In this document: positions 52,095-60,881 of the stretch, piece after piece
Layout of the letters: each line of letters opens with the position of its first letter
How positions within the stretch are numbered: the first letter of the stretch is position 1
Source: Gammaproteobacteria bacterium
GTDB taxonomy: Bacteria; Pseudomonadota; Gammaproteobacteria; Pseudomonadales; PIVM01
Reading direction: 5' to 3'
Length of the DNA: 64,000 bases
Assembly (NCBI GenBank): GCA_003353945.1
Contig: PIVM01000003.1
Coordinates: forward strand, 40,833-104,832
Notes under the pieces: model-generated
What the model saw: only the letters and a program-made list of their open reading frames with translations
What the model was told of the DNA's origin: nothing
Database searches by the model: none
Translations under genes and position numbers: made by a program

Positions 52095-53333
52095 ATGATA
52101 AAAAAACCAAAAGCTGATTGTCCTGCTTTTTTACGTGCGCTCAACCAAAGCGGCAAACTGTTAATGCACGCCGGTTTGATACGTAAAAAAATCAATGCTG
52201 ATAAACTGATCGATCATGCAGTTAAGCAAACAGGATTCAGTAATTTTGGCGATGAACAGATCATCGAAGGTTTTAACATACTCTGCCAGTCATTGAATGA
52301 AGACGCTAATTTAAATTATATCGGCCGACATTGGATAGCTCGTTTTTTAGGCCAGGCACTGGCGAATCAGCTGCAAATTATTCATTGGTGCAGTCAACAC
52401 CCGTACATTTACAAAAACAAAATCTCTTCCCCAATTATTATTGTTGGTATGCCCCGCACGGGCACTCAACTACTCTACCGGCTGCTTGCACAGGACAATG
52501 GTTTTCGCGCACCACTTAGTTGGGAAGTACACAACCCTTTTCCACCGCCTCTTGTAGCCAAGATCACGACAGACACGCGTATTACACGTACGGATGTCCA
52601 ATACGCCCTATTTCATCGTTGCGCACCAGCACTACTTAATCTTCACTCAATTGGCGCACGGTTCCCCGAAAACTGTTCCGCAATCGATGTGTTTTCCCAG
52701 CAAAACCTATTTTGGAGCAGTGCTTTTAATCTCCCAGCCTATAGTCACTGGCTGCAGTTGCAGGACTACTCATCATCACTTAACTATGAAAAGCTATTTT
52801 TGCAATATCTTCGTTCTGATTATGCTGAGCAACGCTGGCTATTGTGTTCCTCTGCACACCTGCAGTCTCTCAACGCACTGCTTGCGGTTTATCCGGATGC
52901 TAACATTGTCCATGTGCATCGCAACCCTCTAACAACCCTCGGTTCACTCTGTCATTTCAACTACCAGTTACGAAATGTGTTTAGTGACAATGTGGAATCA
53001 GAAAGTTTAGGAAAAGAACAGCTTGAATTGTGGTCACAGATTTTGAATCAAGTCTGCGAGCAACGAGCAGCTCTGGATGAAAATCAAAAACAGCAGTTCT
53101 TTGATGTGCAGTTTGAACAGTTATCACAAAACCCCATGTCCGTTATTGAAAAGCTGTATCAACATTTCAACCTACCACTTGGCAGTGTCATACGGGGAAG
53201 AATGCAACAACTCATTAACAACAATACCATTGAATCACAACAACGCATAAACTATAACTTGCAGGATTTTGGCCTAGATGAACATCGCGATATGCGACGA
53301 TTTCATTCCTACAAATCAATTTTCCTTAATTAG
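52095..53333 (+). CDS. Sulfotransferase-family protein (cytoplasmic, PAPS-dependent type)
   Basis: 412 aa. IIIVGMPRTGTQLLYRLL matches the 5'-PSB loop (PKxGTT-like). A later region, WLLCSSAHLQSL, is also present. Confidence 0.7.
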   Translation: MIKKPKADCPAFLRALNQSGKLLMHAGLIRKKINADKLIDHAVKQTGFSNFGDEQIIEGFNILCQSLNEDANLNYIGRHWIARFLGQALANQLQIIHWCSQHPYIYKNKISSPIIIVGMPRTGTQLLYRLLAQDNGFRAPLSWEVHNPFPPPLVAKITTDTRITRTDVQYALFHRCAPALLNLHSIGARFPENCSAIDVFSQQNLFWSSAFNLPAYSHWLQLQDYSSSLNYEKLFLQYLRSDYAEQRWLLCSSAHLQSLNALLAVYPDANIVHVHRNPLTTLGSLCHFNYQLRNVFSDNVESESLGKEQLELWSQILNQVCEQRAALDENQKQQFFDVQFEQLSQNPMSVIEKLYQHFNLPLGSVIRGRMQQLINNNTIESQQRINYNLQDFGLDEHRDMRRFHSYKSIFLN

Positions 53334-53363
53334 TGCCGCAGAAAAAATAAATTTTCCAATGCC

Positions 53364-53678
53364 CTAATTCTCTACTCGTGCCAACTGTTCACGCATTCGC
53401 TTTCCCATCGACCGAATCAACTGCTCTTTTTGTTTCCGATTCATTTTTTTGATTGCTGCTTCACGCTGACTGGCAGAGCTTCGATTATGACCGACCTCAA
53501 AGAAGCGCAGCTTGCTTGGCACCCTCCCCCTAAAATATTTGGCTCCGTTTTTTCCGGTAAGATGCTCTTGCCAACGACGCTTGATATCAACAGTTATCCC
53601 GGTATATAGAGTGCCATCACTCGCCTCAATCATATACACGGACCAGTGGTTGGGTGGCTTGTCACACGCTCTTATCAC
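53364..53678 (-). CDS. GIY-YIG nuclease-superfamily small protein (UPF0213-like)
   Basis: 104 aa. Motifs WSVYMIEASDGTLYTGITVDIKRRWQEH, GAKY and SASQREAAIKK. Confidence 0.8.
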   Translation of the reverse strand: MIRACDKPPNHWSVYMIEASDGTLYTGITVDIKRRWQEHLTGKNGAKYFRGRVPSKLRFFEVGHNRSSASQREAAIKKMNRKQKEQLIRSMGKRMREQLARVEN

Positions 53679-53693
53679 GCATTCCTCCAGCCC

Positions 53694-54434
53694 TCAGCGA
53701 CCAGACAGAAACTTAATCCGCTGAAATACAGGCTCCGGTAGCCAGCGCACCACCCACATTACCCAACACCAGAATCCAGGGACGTAGCGTGTATAACGCC
53801 GACTCTGCAGCGTTGCCATCATGATATCAACGACACGCTCAGTGGTGGAAAACGAGAAATTTTTGTTATGCTCCTCTGTCATAGGGGTAATTACCGGCCC
53901 CAACTTAAAACTATAGACCTCAACACCTGAATCCCACAATTTAGACCGCAAGCCCTGCAAATAGAGATTAAGTGCTCCTTTGGCCGTTCCGTAAGTGTAA
54001 TTTCGCGGTCGACCACGATCTCCAGCCACTGAGGCCATCACTGCGATTTTACCGCTGCCCTGGCGCTCCATGATCTGGCTTAGGGGTATAAGGAAAGCAA
54101 CTGCGGACAAAAAATTGGTTTGGAAAATTTCTTCCGCATGGCCATAATCCTCTTCACTGCGCAACTGCTCCCCTATATAGCCATGTGCTATCAGTGCAAT
54201 ATCAATTCCCCCCAACGCCTCAACGGCCTGCTCGACCCATTTGGCAGCATTTTCCGTTTGAAGAAAATCTGCCGCTTGCACACCCACAGGCGGACAGTCC
54301 ATAGTCTTCGATAATGCCTCCAATTTGCTCTTGCTACGGCCAATCAAGTACAGTTGATTAGCACCTCGGGCAAAACTACGCACCATTTCAGCGGCAATAG
54401 CTGATGTTGCCCCAATGACTACAATCCGACTCAT
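53694..54434 (-). CDS. SDR-family oxidoreductase (DprE2-like, hydrophobic C-terminal tail)
   Basis: 246 aa. Motifs VIGATSAIA, YGTAKGAL (YxxxK) and the tail FWCWVMWVVRWLPEPVF. Confidence 0.85.
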   Translation of the reverse strand: MSRIVVIGATSAIAAEMVRSFARGANQLYLIGRSKSKLEALSKTMDCPPVGVQAADFLQTENAAKWVEQAVEALGGIDIALIAHGYIGEQLRSEEDYGHAEEIFQTNFLSAVAFLIPLSQIMERQGSGKIAVMASVAGDRGRPRNYTYGTAKGALNLYLQGLRSKLWDSGVEVYSFKLGPVITPMTEEHNKNFSFSTTERVVDIMMATLQSRRYTRYVPGFWCWVMWVVRWLPEPVFQRIKFLSGR

Positions 54435-54711
54435 AATTCAATTTCACTCCAAATCACCGTTGAATTGACCCAACTCTATCTAATCGACCTAATCTGCAAG
54501 TACTCCATGTTATTTCAAAGCGCCGTTAATAGATTAATTTTTCATCAGCACCAAAAAGCACTTGCTTCCCGCATCAGGTCACGTTGACAATAGTTAATGA
54601 GGCACTTGTTTGCCAATAATAAGTCGTATGGCATGTTTTCGAGATACCGCATTAAACTCAAATAATTAATAACACTCGATACTTGAACTCTATACAAAGG
54701 AATATAACATC

Positions 54712-54861
54712 ATGGATATAAGTCAATTTTCCTATACCGAACTCGCTTTATTCGCAGTTACCACTTTTACCGTTGTTTTTGTAGTTCGCGCTTATATCCA
54801 GGCTCGTCGTGAATACAAAGAAGCGATGAGGCATCATGGGCAATTACATCACAACAGCTGA
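54712..54861 (+). CDS. Candidate 49-aa single-TM small protein (below the track length cutoff)
   Basis: ATG 54712 lies 10 nt after AAGGA. Translation is MDISQFSYTELALFAVTTFTVVFVVRAYIQARREYKEAMRHHGQLHHNS, ending at TGA 54859-54861. Found by hand translation only. Confidence 0.3.
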   Translation: MDISQFSYTELALFAVTTFTVVFVVRAYIQARREYKEAMRHHGQLHHNS

Positions 54862-54941
54862 ATAGTCCTGCTACTAAACGGCTTTCTCTCGACAGACTGA
54901 ACCGGGCATTCAACCCGGCTCGGTGTCGCATTGAAAAACGG

Positions 54942-55691
54942 CTATAGCTGTGCAACACTGCCTTCCAGCATAGATTTGGCGATTTGCCGATTCACGTCAC
55001 CCGCAAAAACCAGCACCTTGTTCCCTGCCAACGCCTCCAAACTCTCACGCACCACATCTCCAGCCTCCATCCACATTTCATCAGGTACTTTGCTAGCATC
55101 AAATTCGGCAAACGGTTCAGTTTGATGAAAACCGGTGCGCGTATAACCCGGACAGAGACATTGCACTTTGATATTGTCATTTTCCAGCTCCATAGCCAGC
55201 GACTGGGAAAAACTGTTGAGAAAGGCTTTTGAGGCGCCATAAACCGCCACCCCAGGGCAGGGAGATACGGCTGCCAGAGAGGACACATTGATAATATAGC
55301 CTCCACCAAGCTGTTGCATAAACGGAATTGCAGCACGACACAAGGCGAGCGTCACCGTGATGTGCAGCTCAACCATTTGTTGTTGTTCAGCACAACCCAG
55401 ATCAGCAACATGGCCCATAACACCAAAACCGGCATTATTGATAAGATAGCGTATCGGCCCTATCTGACGGATCGCCTCAAGCACATAACCTCGGCCAATC
55501 GGATCGGTCAAATCCACAGCCAACACATGACATTTCACTTGTTGACTTAATCGAGCTGCTAAACGTGACAAAGCCTCTTCACGGCGCGCCACCAGTATCA
55601 TCTCATCACAACGCCCGGCCAACTGTAGCGCGTACTGCTCACCAATACCGGAGGAGGCACCCGTAATCAGCGCGACGGTTTTATCACTCAT
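54942..55691 (-). CDS. SDR-family oxidoreductase
   Basis: 249 aa. Motifs TGASSGIG, NNAG and YGASKAFL (YxxxK). Confidence 0.88.
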   Translation of the reverse strand: MSDKTVALITGASSGIGEQYALQLAGRCDEMILVARREEALSRLAARLSQQVKCHVLAVDLTDPIGRGYVLEAIRQIGPIRYLINNAGFGVMGHVADLGCAEQQQMVELHITVTLALCRAAIPFMQQLGGGYIINVSSLAAVSPCPGVAVYGASKAFLNSFSQSLAMELENDNIKVQCLCPGYTRTGFHQTEPFAEFDASKVPDEMWMEAGDVVRESLEALAGNKVLVFAGDVNRQIAKSMLEGSVAQL

Positions 55692-55749
55692 AGTTGTTTC
55701 CCCAATCGATTGCGATGCGTATTATTCCATGCTCTCTACTTAAGCTCAT

Positions 55750-56190
55750 CTAAAAAAGCGTCACTATTTGTTCTGCCAGCATAATCAATACCAAATAGCG
55801 TGCACCCTTGCCAAGAAACGTCAGCGTCCAGAACAACATAAAACGAACTCGCATAACACCAGCAACAAAAGTAATTGCATCACCTCCGACCGGCAACCAG
55901 GCTAAGAGCAAAGACCACACCCCATAGCGCTGAAACCATCGCTGAGCATGCTGCAAGGCGCTGCCTTTGAAGGGAAACCAGCGATGCTGCTGAAAATGCA
56001 ACAGGTAACGCCCTAACCCCCAATTAACAGCAGCACCGGCTGTATTACCCAGTGAGGCCACCAGCCATAACCAAAACCAGTTCTGCTGCTCCAATGCGAC
56101 CAGACCCAGTAATGCCACTTCGGAATAGAACGGAATCAGCGTAGCGGCAACAAAAGCGCTGACAAACAGTGAAAGATAAGCAGCAATCAC
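55750..56190 (-). CDS. YqaA/DedA-type (SNARE-associated) membrane protein
   Basis: 146 aa with four TM helices (IPFYSEVALLGL, GNTAGAAVNWGLGRY). Its GTG start overlaps the TGA of the upstream gene. Confidence 0.8.
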   Translation of the reverse strand: MIAAYLSLFVSAFVAATLIPFYSEVALLGLVALEQQNWFWLWLVASLGNTAGAAVNWGLGRYLLHFQQHRWFPFKGSALQHAQRWFQRYGVWSLLLAWLPVGGDAITFVAGVMRVRFMLFWTLTFLGKGARYLVLIMLAEQIVTLF

Positions 56191-56957
56191 ATGATGCGCT
56201 CCTGGCGATGATCATGGGCAGCTTGCACGATGTGATGAAATAGCTGTAACTGCTGCGGCAAATAAGGCAAATATTCTGGATGCCACTGAACGCCCATTAA
56301 AAAACGGTGCTGACTGTACTCAATGGCTTGAATAAAATCGTCCTCATCCCAAGCGACAGCCTGCATATACTCTCCCAAACCATCAACCGCCTGGTGGTGT
56401 AGACTGTTCACCTTTAACCGATCGCGATACACAAGGTCTCGAACGCGACTGCCTGCTTTCAGATTAACTGCTTTTTGCGGCAGCAGCGTTCGTCGGTTTG
56501 ATGTCAAATGCCGCATTGCACGAATATCACCAAAAAGTGTGCCGCCTAATACCACGTTAAGTAATTGCATCCCCCGACAAATACCAAAAATCGGCAAATC
56601 CGTGCGCATTGCGTGCTCTATCATATCCACTTCAAATGCATCGCGTTCACGGTCAATAGGTGCCAGCCCCTTGTCTTCCCTGCCGTAAAGCTGTGGATCA
56701 ATATCATCCCCACCGCCAATAATGACAGCATTGAGCAACTGGTGATAATCGCCTCGCTGAGGCGTTAAATAAACAGCAGCCGCTCCGCACAGCCGCAGGC
56801 AGAATCGTGCTGCCCACCAGGCTTGCGGTATACGTTTTTCCGGACCAGTGAAGCCTATGATGGTTCGATTAAACAAGACGGCACCTGTTCCTTCCAGGGG
56901 ACAACAAAAGGCCAGCGCATCGGTTGCTGCAAATAAATCCAGTACCGATAACACCAT
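56187..56957 (-). CDS. Class-I glutamine amidotransferase / peptidase C26 (gamma-glutamyl-GABA-hydrolase PuuD-like)
   Basis: Motifs IFGICRGMQLLN (nucleophile Cys), SLHHQA and GVQWHPEY (His/Glu). The start is ambiguous: ATG 56957 overlaps the amidoligase by 103 nt, while the in-frame TTG 56876 overlaps it by 22 nt. Confidence 0.85.
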   Translation of the reverse strand: MVLSVLDLFAATDALAFCCPLEGTGAVLFNRTIIGFTGPEKRIPQAWWAARFCLRLCGAAAVYLTPQRGDYHQLLNAVIIGGGDDIDPQLYGREDKGLAPIDRERDAFEVDMIEHAMRTDLPIFGICRGMQLLNVVLGGTLFGDIRAMRHLTSNRRTLLPQKAVNLKAGSRVRDLVYRDRLKVNSLHHQAVDGLGEYMQAVAWDEDDFIQAIEYSQHRFLMGVQWHPEYLPYLPQQLQLFHHIVQAAHDHRQERIM

Positions 56958-57913
56958 TTTTCCAATCGCTGACTGTCACTGGCCAGCATTTCAACCTGCC
57001 ACCAATCGTTCCAGGCCTGGCTCAGCGACCAATTTGGCAGATCAATTTCACAGTTAGGCAACCGATAATGCAATGCAGGACGTGCCTTGATCAAATGATC
57101 ACTTACAGCACTTTCAACGACGGAATGATCAAGCAAATCAAATAGCGGTAATAAATCGAGAATACGATTACGGGTTGCATTATATTCGAGGTAATCCGTT
57201 ATTAGCTCCGCCAACTCCGGCCAGTAATCCGGATCAACTACCAGCTGCACATAATCTGTAGGAAATACATTGATATAGGGCGGTATGCGCCGTGTCAAAT
57301 CCACCTGCTCATGCCATATCAACCAGTCATTCAGGCACAAAAAAGCTTTTAAGTAGGCTGTGATGGTATCAGCCTCCAGACTGGGAAGTTCAATATTATA
57401 ATGTACCCCAAACGCATACCACGGCGTTTGACGAGTGCCTTTGGCTCCCACTTCACGCAAAGCGGTGACGATGGCATCCAATTGATACAATTGGCTGATC
57501 GCAATCGGTGATCCAGCAAGCTCGCAAGGCACAATATTCTGCGCCAAAGCCGCCATCGCATCCGTGGCCCACTGCTCAAAATCCTCATTAAAATTAGGGT
57601 TATCCTGCAGCTCCCTGCCTGCCCGTTTAAGCATATCACTATCAAGTTCAATACTGAATGTCCCCAACTCAGTGTCCACGATACTCATTTCATATTTGGA
57701 GCGAACCCGTATGTCTCCACCACATACTGACTGCACCGCCTTTGCGATAGCAGCCAACTCAATGCCCGACATCTCCATTTCAATGCCAACACGACGCTCT
57801 TTTCGCGTACCAGGCATGTCGCCTGTAAATCTTTCAATAGCCAGCCCTACACATTGCTTGTCGCTCTCTAGCAAGTATCGTTGCCGAGGTAACAGAAAAG
57901 ATCCTTCTTTCAT
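56855..57913 (-). CDS. Glutamine-synthetase-fold 'amidoligase' family enzyme (uncharacterised)
   Basis: 352 aa. The motif series RRVGIEMEMSG, VPCELAGSP, FGVHYNIELP and RPALHYRLPN matches my recollection of the putative amidoligase family. No search was run. Confidence 0.7.
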   Translation of the reverse strand: MKEGSFLLPRQRYLLESDKQCVGLAIERFTGDMPGTRKERRVGIEMEMSGIELAAIAKAVQSVCGGDIRVRSKYEMSIVDTELGTFSIELDSDMLKRAGRELQDNPNFNEDFEQWATDAMAALAQNIVPCELAGSPIAISQLYQLDAIVTALREVGAKGTRQTPWYAFGVHYNIELPSLEADTITAYLKAFLCLNDWLIWHEQVDLTRRIPPYINVFPTDYVQLVVDPDYWPELAELITDYLEYNATRNRILDLLPLFDLLDHSVVESAVSDHLIKARPALHYRLPNCEIDLPNWSLSQAWNDWWQVEMLASDSQRLEKWCYRYWIYLQQPMRWPFVVPWKEQVPSCLIEPS

Positions 57914-58062
57914 GGTGATAATGAACTCATGGAAAGCCTGTAGTCACCCAGTATCAGCAAACACTGACGAAAATGATAGCCACATATCATCTTCTGAGCT
58001 GCTTGGATTAACCAGATAATGCTAAACTGTCTTTATAGTAAACAAAAAAATTGGCGCAACTC

Positions 58063-58419
58063 ATGAATGAGCCCATCGATCGTCGACAGCATAGTCGCTA
58101 TCCAGCAAACCACCTGGATGTACTGATTCAGACCAATAGCACCGTTGATTTACCCTGGGCATTAGCCGAACTGGTTGCTGTTGATTTCAACCAATATGGC
58201 ATCGCTATTCAATCCGATCATTATTTTGGTGTTGGTGACAATCTTTCGCTGATCATCTGTACCGATGACAGTGTAACAGCCAAAGTGAAAGGCATCGTAT
58301 GCAACCGAACCGTACTGGCGACAGGTTACAGGTATGGACTGTATTTCGATTACAGCGAGACAAAACAAGCTATCCCTGAGCGGCAGGTATTAATAGATAT
58401 TGAAGAGTCAGTAAAATAA
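58063..58419 (+). CDS. Stand-alone PilZ-like domain protein (paralog 2)
   Basis: Track start 58051 is TTG; ATG 58063 gives MNEPIDRRQHSRYPA. Carries RRQHSR and DFNQYG. 45 of 90 aligned residues are identical to the 49225 protein in an ungapped hand alignment. Confidence 0.65.
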   Translation: MNEPIDRRQHSRYPANHLDVLIQTNSTVDLPWALAELVAVDFNQYGIAIQSDHYFGVGDNLSLIICTDDSVTAKVKGIVCNRTVLATGYRYGLYFDYSETKQAIPERQVLIDIEESVK

Positions 58420-58456
58420 CACTGTCTCATCTCTACCATCCACGCGCGAACCTATC

Positions 58457-59311
58457 TTATTTCGCCACCAGTCGCTCACTCAACAACCAGAGTTTGTTTG
58501 CTGCTGCATCATCACAAGCCCAGGGTTTAAGCTGCTGCACTTGACTGTTGGCAAAATAATTGCCAGTTAAATCCTCTATACCTTCGGCGTTTGCCAGATA
58601 CAGCGTCGTTTGAGCACCCTGCAAAGGCGTTTTGGCAAAAGGTTTCACCAACTGGTGGGCAAACCGGGCAAACCAGCCATTTTGCTTACCCAGCTCACTT
58701 GCCACAGCTCCCGGATGCACTGCATAAGCAGTAATCCCAGCTGCTTGCAGGCGCCTGGCTAACTCTCTAGTAAACAGAATGTTCGCCAACTTGGAATGAC
58801 CATACGTTCTAAAGGTTTTGTAACCCTGATACCAGCTCAAATCGTCAAATCGAATGCCTTCTTTGCAAAATGTATAGGCATTGGAGGACAGATTGATAAT
58901 TCTCGCTGGTGCACTCTCAGTTAGCCGAGGCAATAGCAGTTGCGTTAACAGAAAATGACCTAAATGGTTGACTGCAAACATTTGCTCCAATCCATTGGAT
59001 AACAAATGTTTTTCAGTATTAATCAATCCTGCATTATTGATAAGCAGGTGCAGAGGCTTACCTTCAGCAAGAAACACGGCTGCTGCTTGCCGAACCGAAG
59101 CGAAATCCCCCAAATCAGCAATCAGCGTCATCACGTTAATATGTGGATACTTTGCCTCAATATCTTTTTGTAGAACATCCGCACGTGGGCGATTTCGACA
59201 CAACAAATACAGATCGATCCCTTGCTCGGCCAGTGCAAATGCCGTCGCTTTGCCAATACCGTTTGTTGGTCCGGTGATAAACGCTATTTTTTTGTGGTTA
59301 TGTCCGGCCAT
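58457..59311 (-). CDS. SDR-family oxidoreductase (retinol-dehydrogenase-like)
   Basis: 284 aa. Motifs TGPTNGIG, NNAG and YGHSKLAN (YxxxK). Confidence 0.88.
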   Translation of the reverse strand: MAGHNHKKIAFITGPTNGIGKATAFALAEQGIDLYLLCRNRPRADVLQKDIEAKYPHINVMTLIADLGDFASVRQAAAVFLAEGKPLHLLINNAGLINTEKHLLSNGLEQMFAVNHLGHFLLTQLLLPRLTESAPARIINLSSNAYTFCKEGIRFDDLSWYQGYKTFRTYGHSKLANILFTRELARRLQAAGITAYAVHPGAVASELGKQNGWFARFAHQLVKPFAKTPLQGAQTTLYLANAEGIEDLTGNYFANSQVQQLKPWACDDAAANKLWLLSERLVAK

Positions 59312-59476
59312 AATTTGTCGACTCGCTGCTTGGAAAACGCAAGATAACCCTTAGGATTAAAAAGATAAACCGCTTGGCCCCAGCTTTAGGGCCTCGGAAA
59401 ATTTATTTTCCCCGAGGCCCTTATGCCTGATCTAGCATGCTCCATTCCCTCTCGCATAGATAATCCTAGAAAAATC

Positions 59477-59824
59477 ATGGCCCTTAGCACTGCATTACGC
59501 CTCAACATGACTGGCAGTTTCCAAAACCCCGATCAAGCCTGGCAGGAACTGGCTCCCTACTTCCTCAATGAATCCAGCGAATACGCCAGTTGGGGATAAT
59601 CCGACGCACAACTACCAAGCCAACAAAAAATCTCCACAATTGATGAACTACGAGAGCAAAAACGCTATAAAATTCTGACTCCGACTGAATGTATCGAACG
59701 TATACAAGGGCATCACGGCAAGTTTACCCTGGTATTGCACCCGTTGGTTGGAGGCATGCCGCTGGAACGAGCCTGGCACAATCTGGAACTTTATGTAGAG
59801 AAAGTACTAAAACAATGCCAGTAA
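59477..59824 (+). pseudogene. Possible C-terminal remnant of an LLM-class flavin oxidoreductase with an in-frame stop
   Basis: One reading frame gives MALSTALRLNMTGSFQNPDQAWQELAPYFLNESSEYASWG, then a stop (TAA 59597-59599), then SDAQLPSQQKISTIDELREQKRYKILTPTECIERIQGHHGKFTLVLHPLVGGMPLERAWHNLELYVEKVLKQCQ. The tail resembles LLM C-termini (liGtPeeci..i, gGmp.e.a..slEly..kVl). No N-terminal part is present. Confidence 0.35.
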
Positions 59825-59845
59825 CCCGACCGGTGAAACTGGCTT

Positions 59846-60148
59846 TCATCGTCCGTGATCACCACTACGTTGAGCCGTCGATTCCGTGTTTTTTTCTTCA
59901 TCAAGCAGTTGCGCTTTGACCAAATCCCAACATTTTCGTGTCCATTCTATGATTTCCTTACCAAGCAAGGGTAATGCGAGGTACCAGGTCACTTCGGCAA
60001 AGATAAAAATGCCACCTCCCCATGCTGCTTTCTCGGCGGTTTCCATCGGTAAAAAAGGCACTACCAACAGCAATGCAAAGGCCAAACAGGAGATGATCAG
60101 AAAAAAATAACCCAGAAGTTTTCGCATATACGGTGCTGCAGTAGACAA
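59846..60148 (-). CDS. Small two-TM membrane protein (possibly transporter-suffix-domain family)
   Basis: 100 aa with two hydrophobic helices (LLGYFFLIISCLAFALLLVVPFL, WGGGIFIFAEVTWYLALPLLG) and an amphipathic tail. Confidence 0.45.
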   Translation of the reverse strand: MSTAAPYMRKLLGYFFLIISCLAFALLLVVPFLPMETAEKAAWGGGIFIFAEVTWYLALPLLGKEIIEWTRKCWDLVKAQLLDEEKNTESTAQRSGDHGR

Positions 60149-60340
60149 TGAATAAAATCTGCTTCTTTTTCAATTATAGCCTTATGCGACCGTAGCAGTG
60201 AAATAGATTTCAATTTTCAAACGATCAGCCCTCATTTTCCACACGAAATCCTTACCAATAATGCGTGCTAGCCATTGGGGGGAGGGGACTGTTATTATCA
60301 GAATCAGATTTACAATCAACGCTTGAGCAACCATCTATTA

Positions 60341-60745
60341 ATGATCACAAAAATTCTCATTACACTGCTTGTCATAGTTGGCGCTTGGATACTTGTTAAA
60401 CGCCAGCGCCAAGCCCCTCGGCAACAAACACAAGCAAGCAAAACCACTCTTTCCAAGAAAACGGGCAATAGCGATATTCAATGGCAGACATCCGATTTGC
60501 GTATCGGGGCATATATGTTTATCGCCATCATGTTTTTGCTGGGTAGCTATCTCTACTATCAACGCTGGCAAAATGACCATCAGTTACTGAGCATCAAATT
60601 ATATCAAGCAGGCAACCCACAAGCGGTTGAGTATCAGGTTTTTCGTTATCAACTGAATCGCAGAAGCTTCGTCACTACCGACGGTGTGCTTGTCGACATC
60701 GCAGACAATGAGCGGATGGAAATTATCGGTTTAACAGACAAATAA
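60341..60745 (+). CDS. Hypothetical two-TM membrane protein
   Basis: Likely start MITKILITLLVIVGAWILVKRQRQ at 60341 (track start is 60275), with a second helix IGAYMFIAIMFLLGSYLYY. No family recognised. Confidence 0.5.
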   Translation: MITKILITLLVIVGAWILVKRQRQAPRQQTQASKTTLSKKTGNSDIQWQTSDLRIGAYMFIAIMFLLGSYLYYQRWQNDHQLLSIKLYQAGNPQAVEYQVFRYQLNRRSFVTTDGVLVDIADNERMEIIGLTDK

Positions 60746-60881
60746 CAGTAATTGATATCCTGCCTAGGAAAACCCTCAATTTTCGTGACCTAACCCCCTG
60801 GATATTCCCCGCGAACAGCTGCAATTTGGTCTACACTGACATGGACATAAAATCACACACCCGCCGTAAGGAGCAAAGGTA

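Noticed and set aside
57564-58019. 151-aa plus-strand ORF across the amidoligase start.
   Set aside because: It is antisense to the amidoligase gene and Ser/Pro-rich, with no start context.
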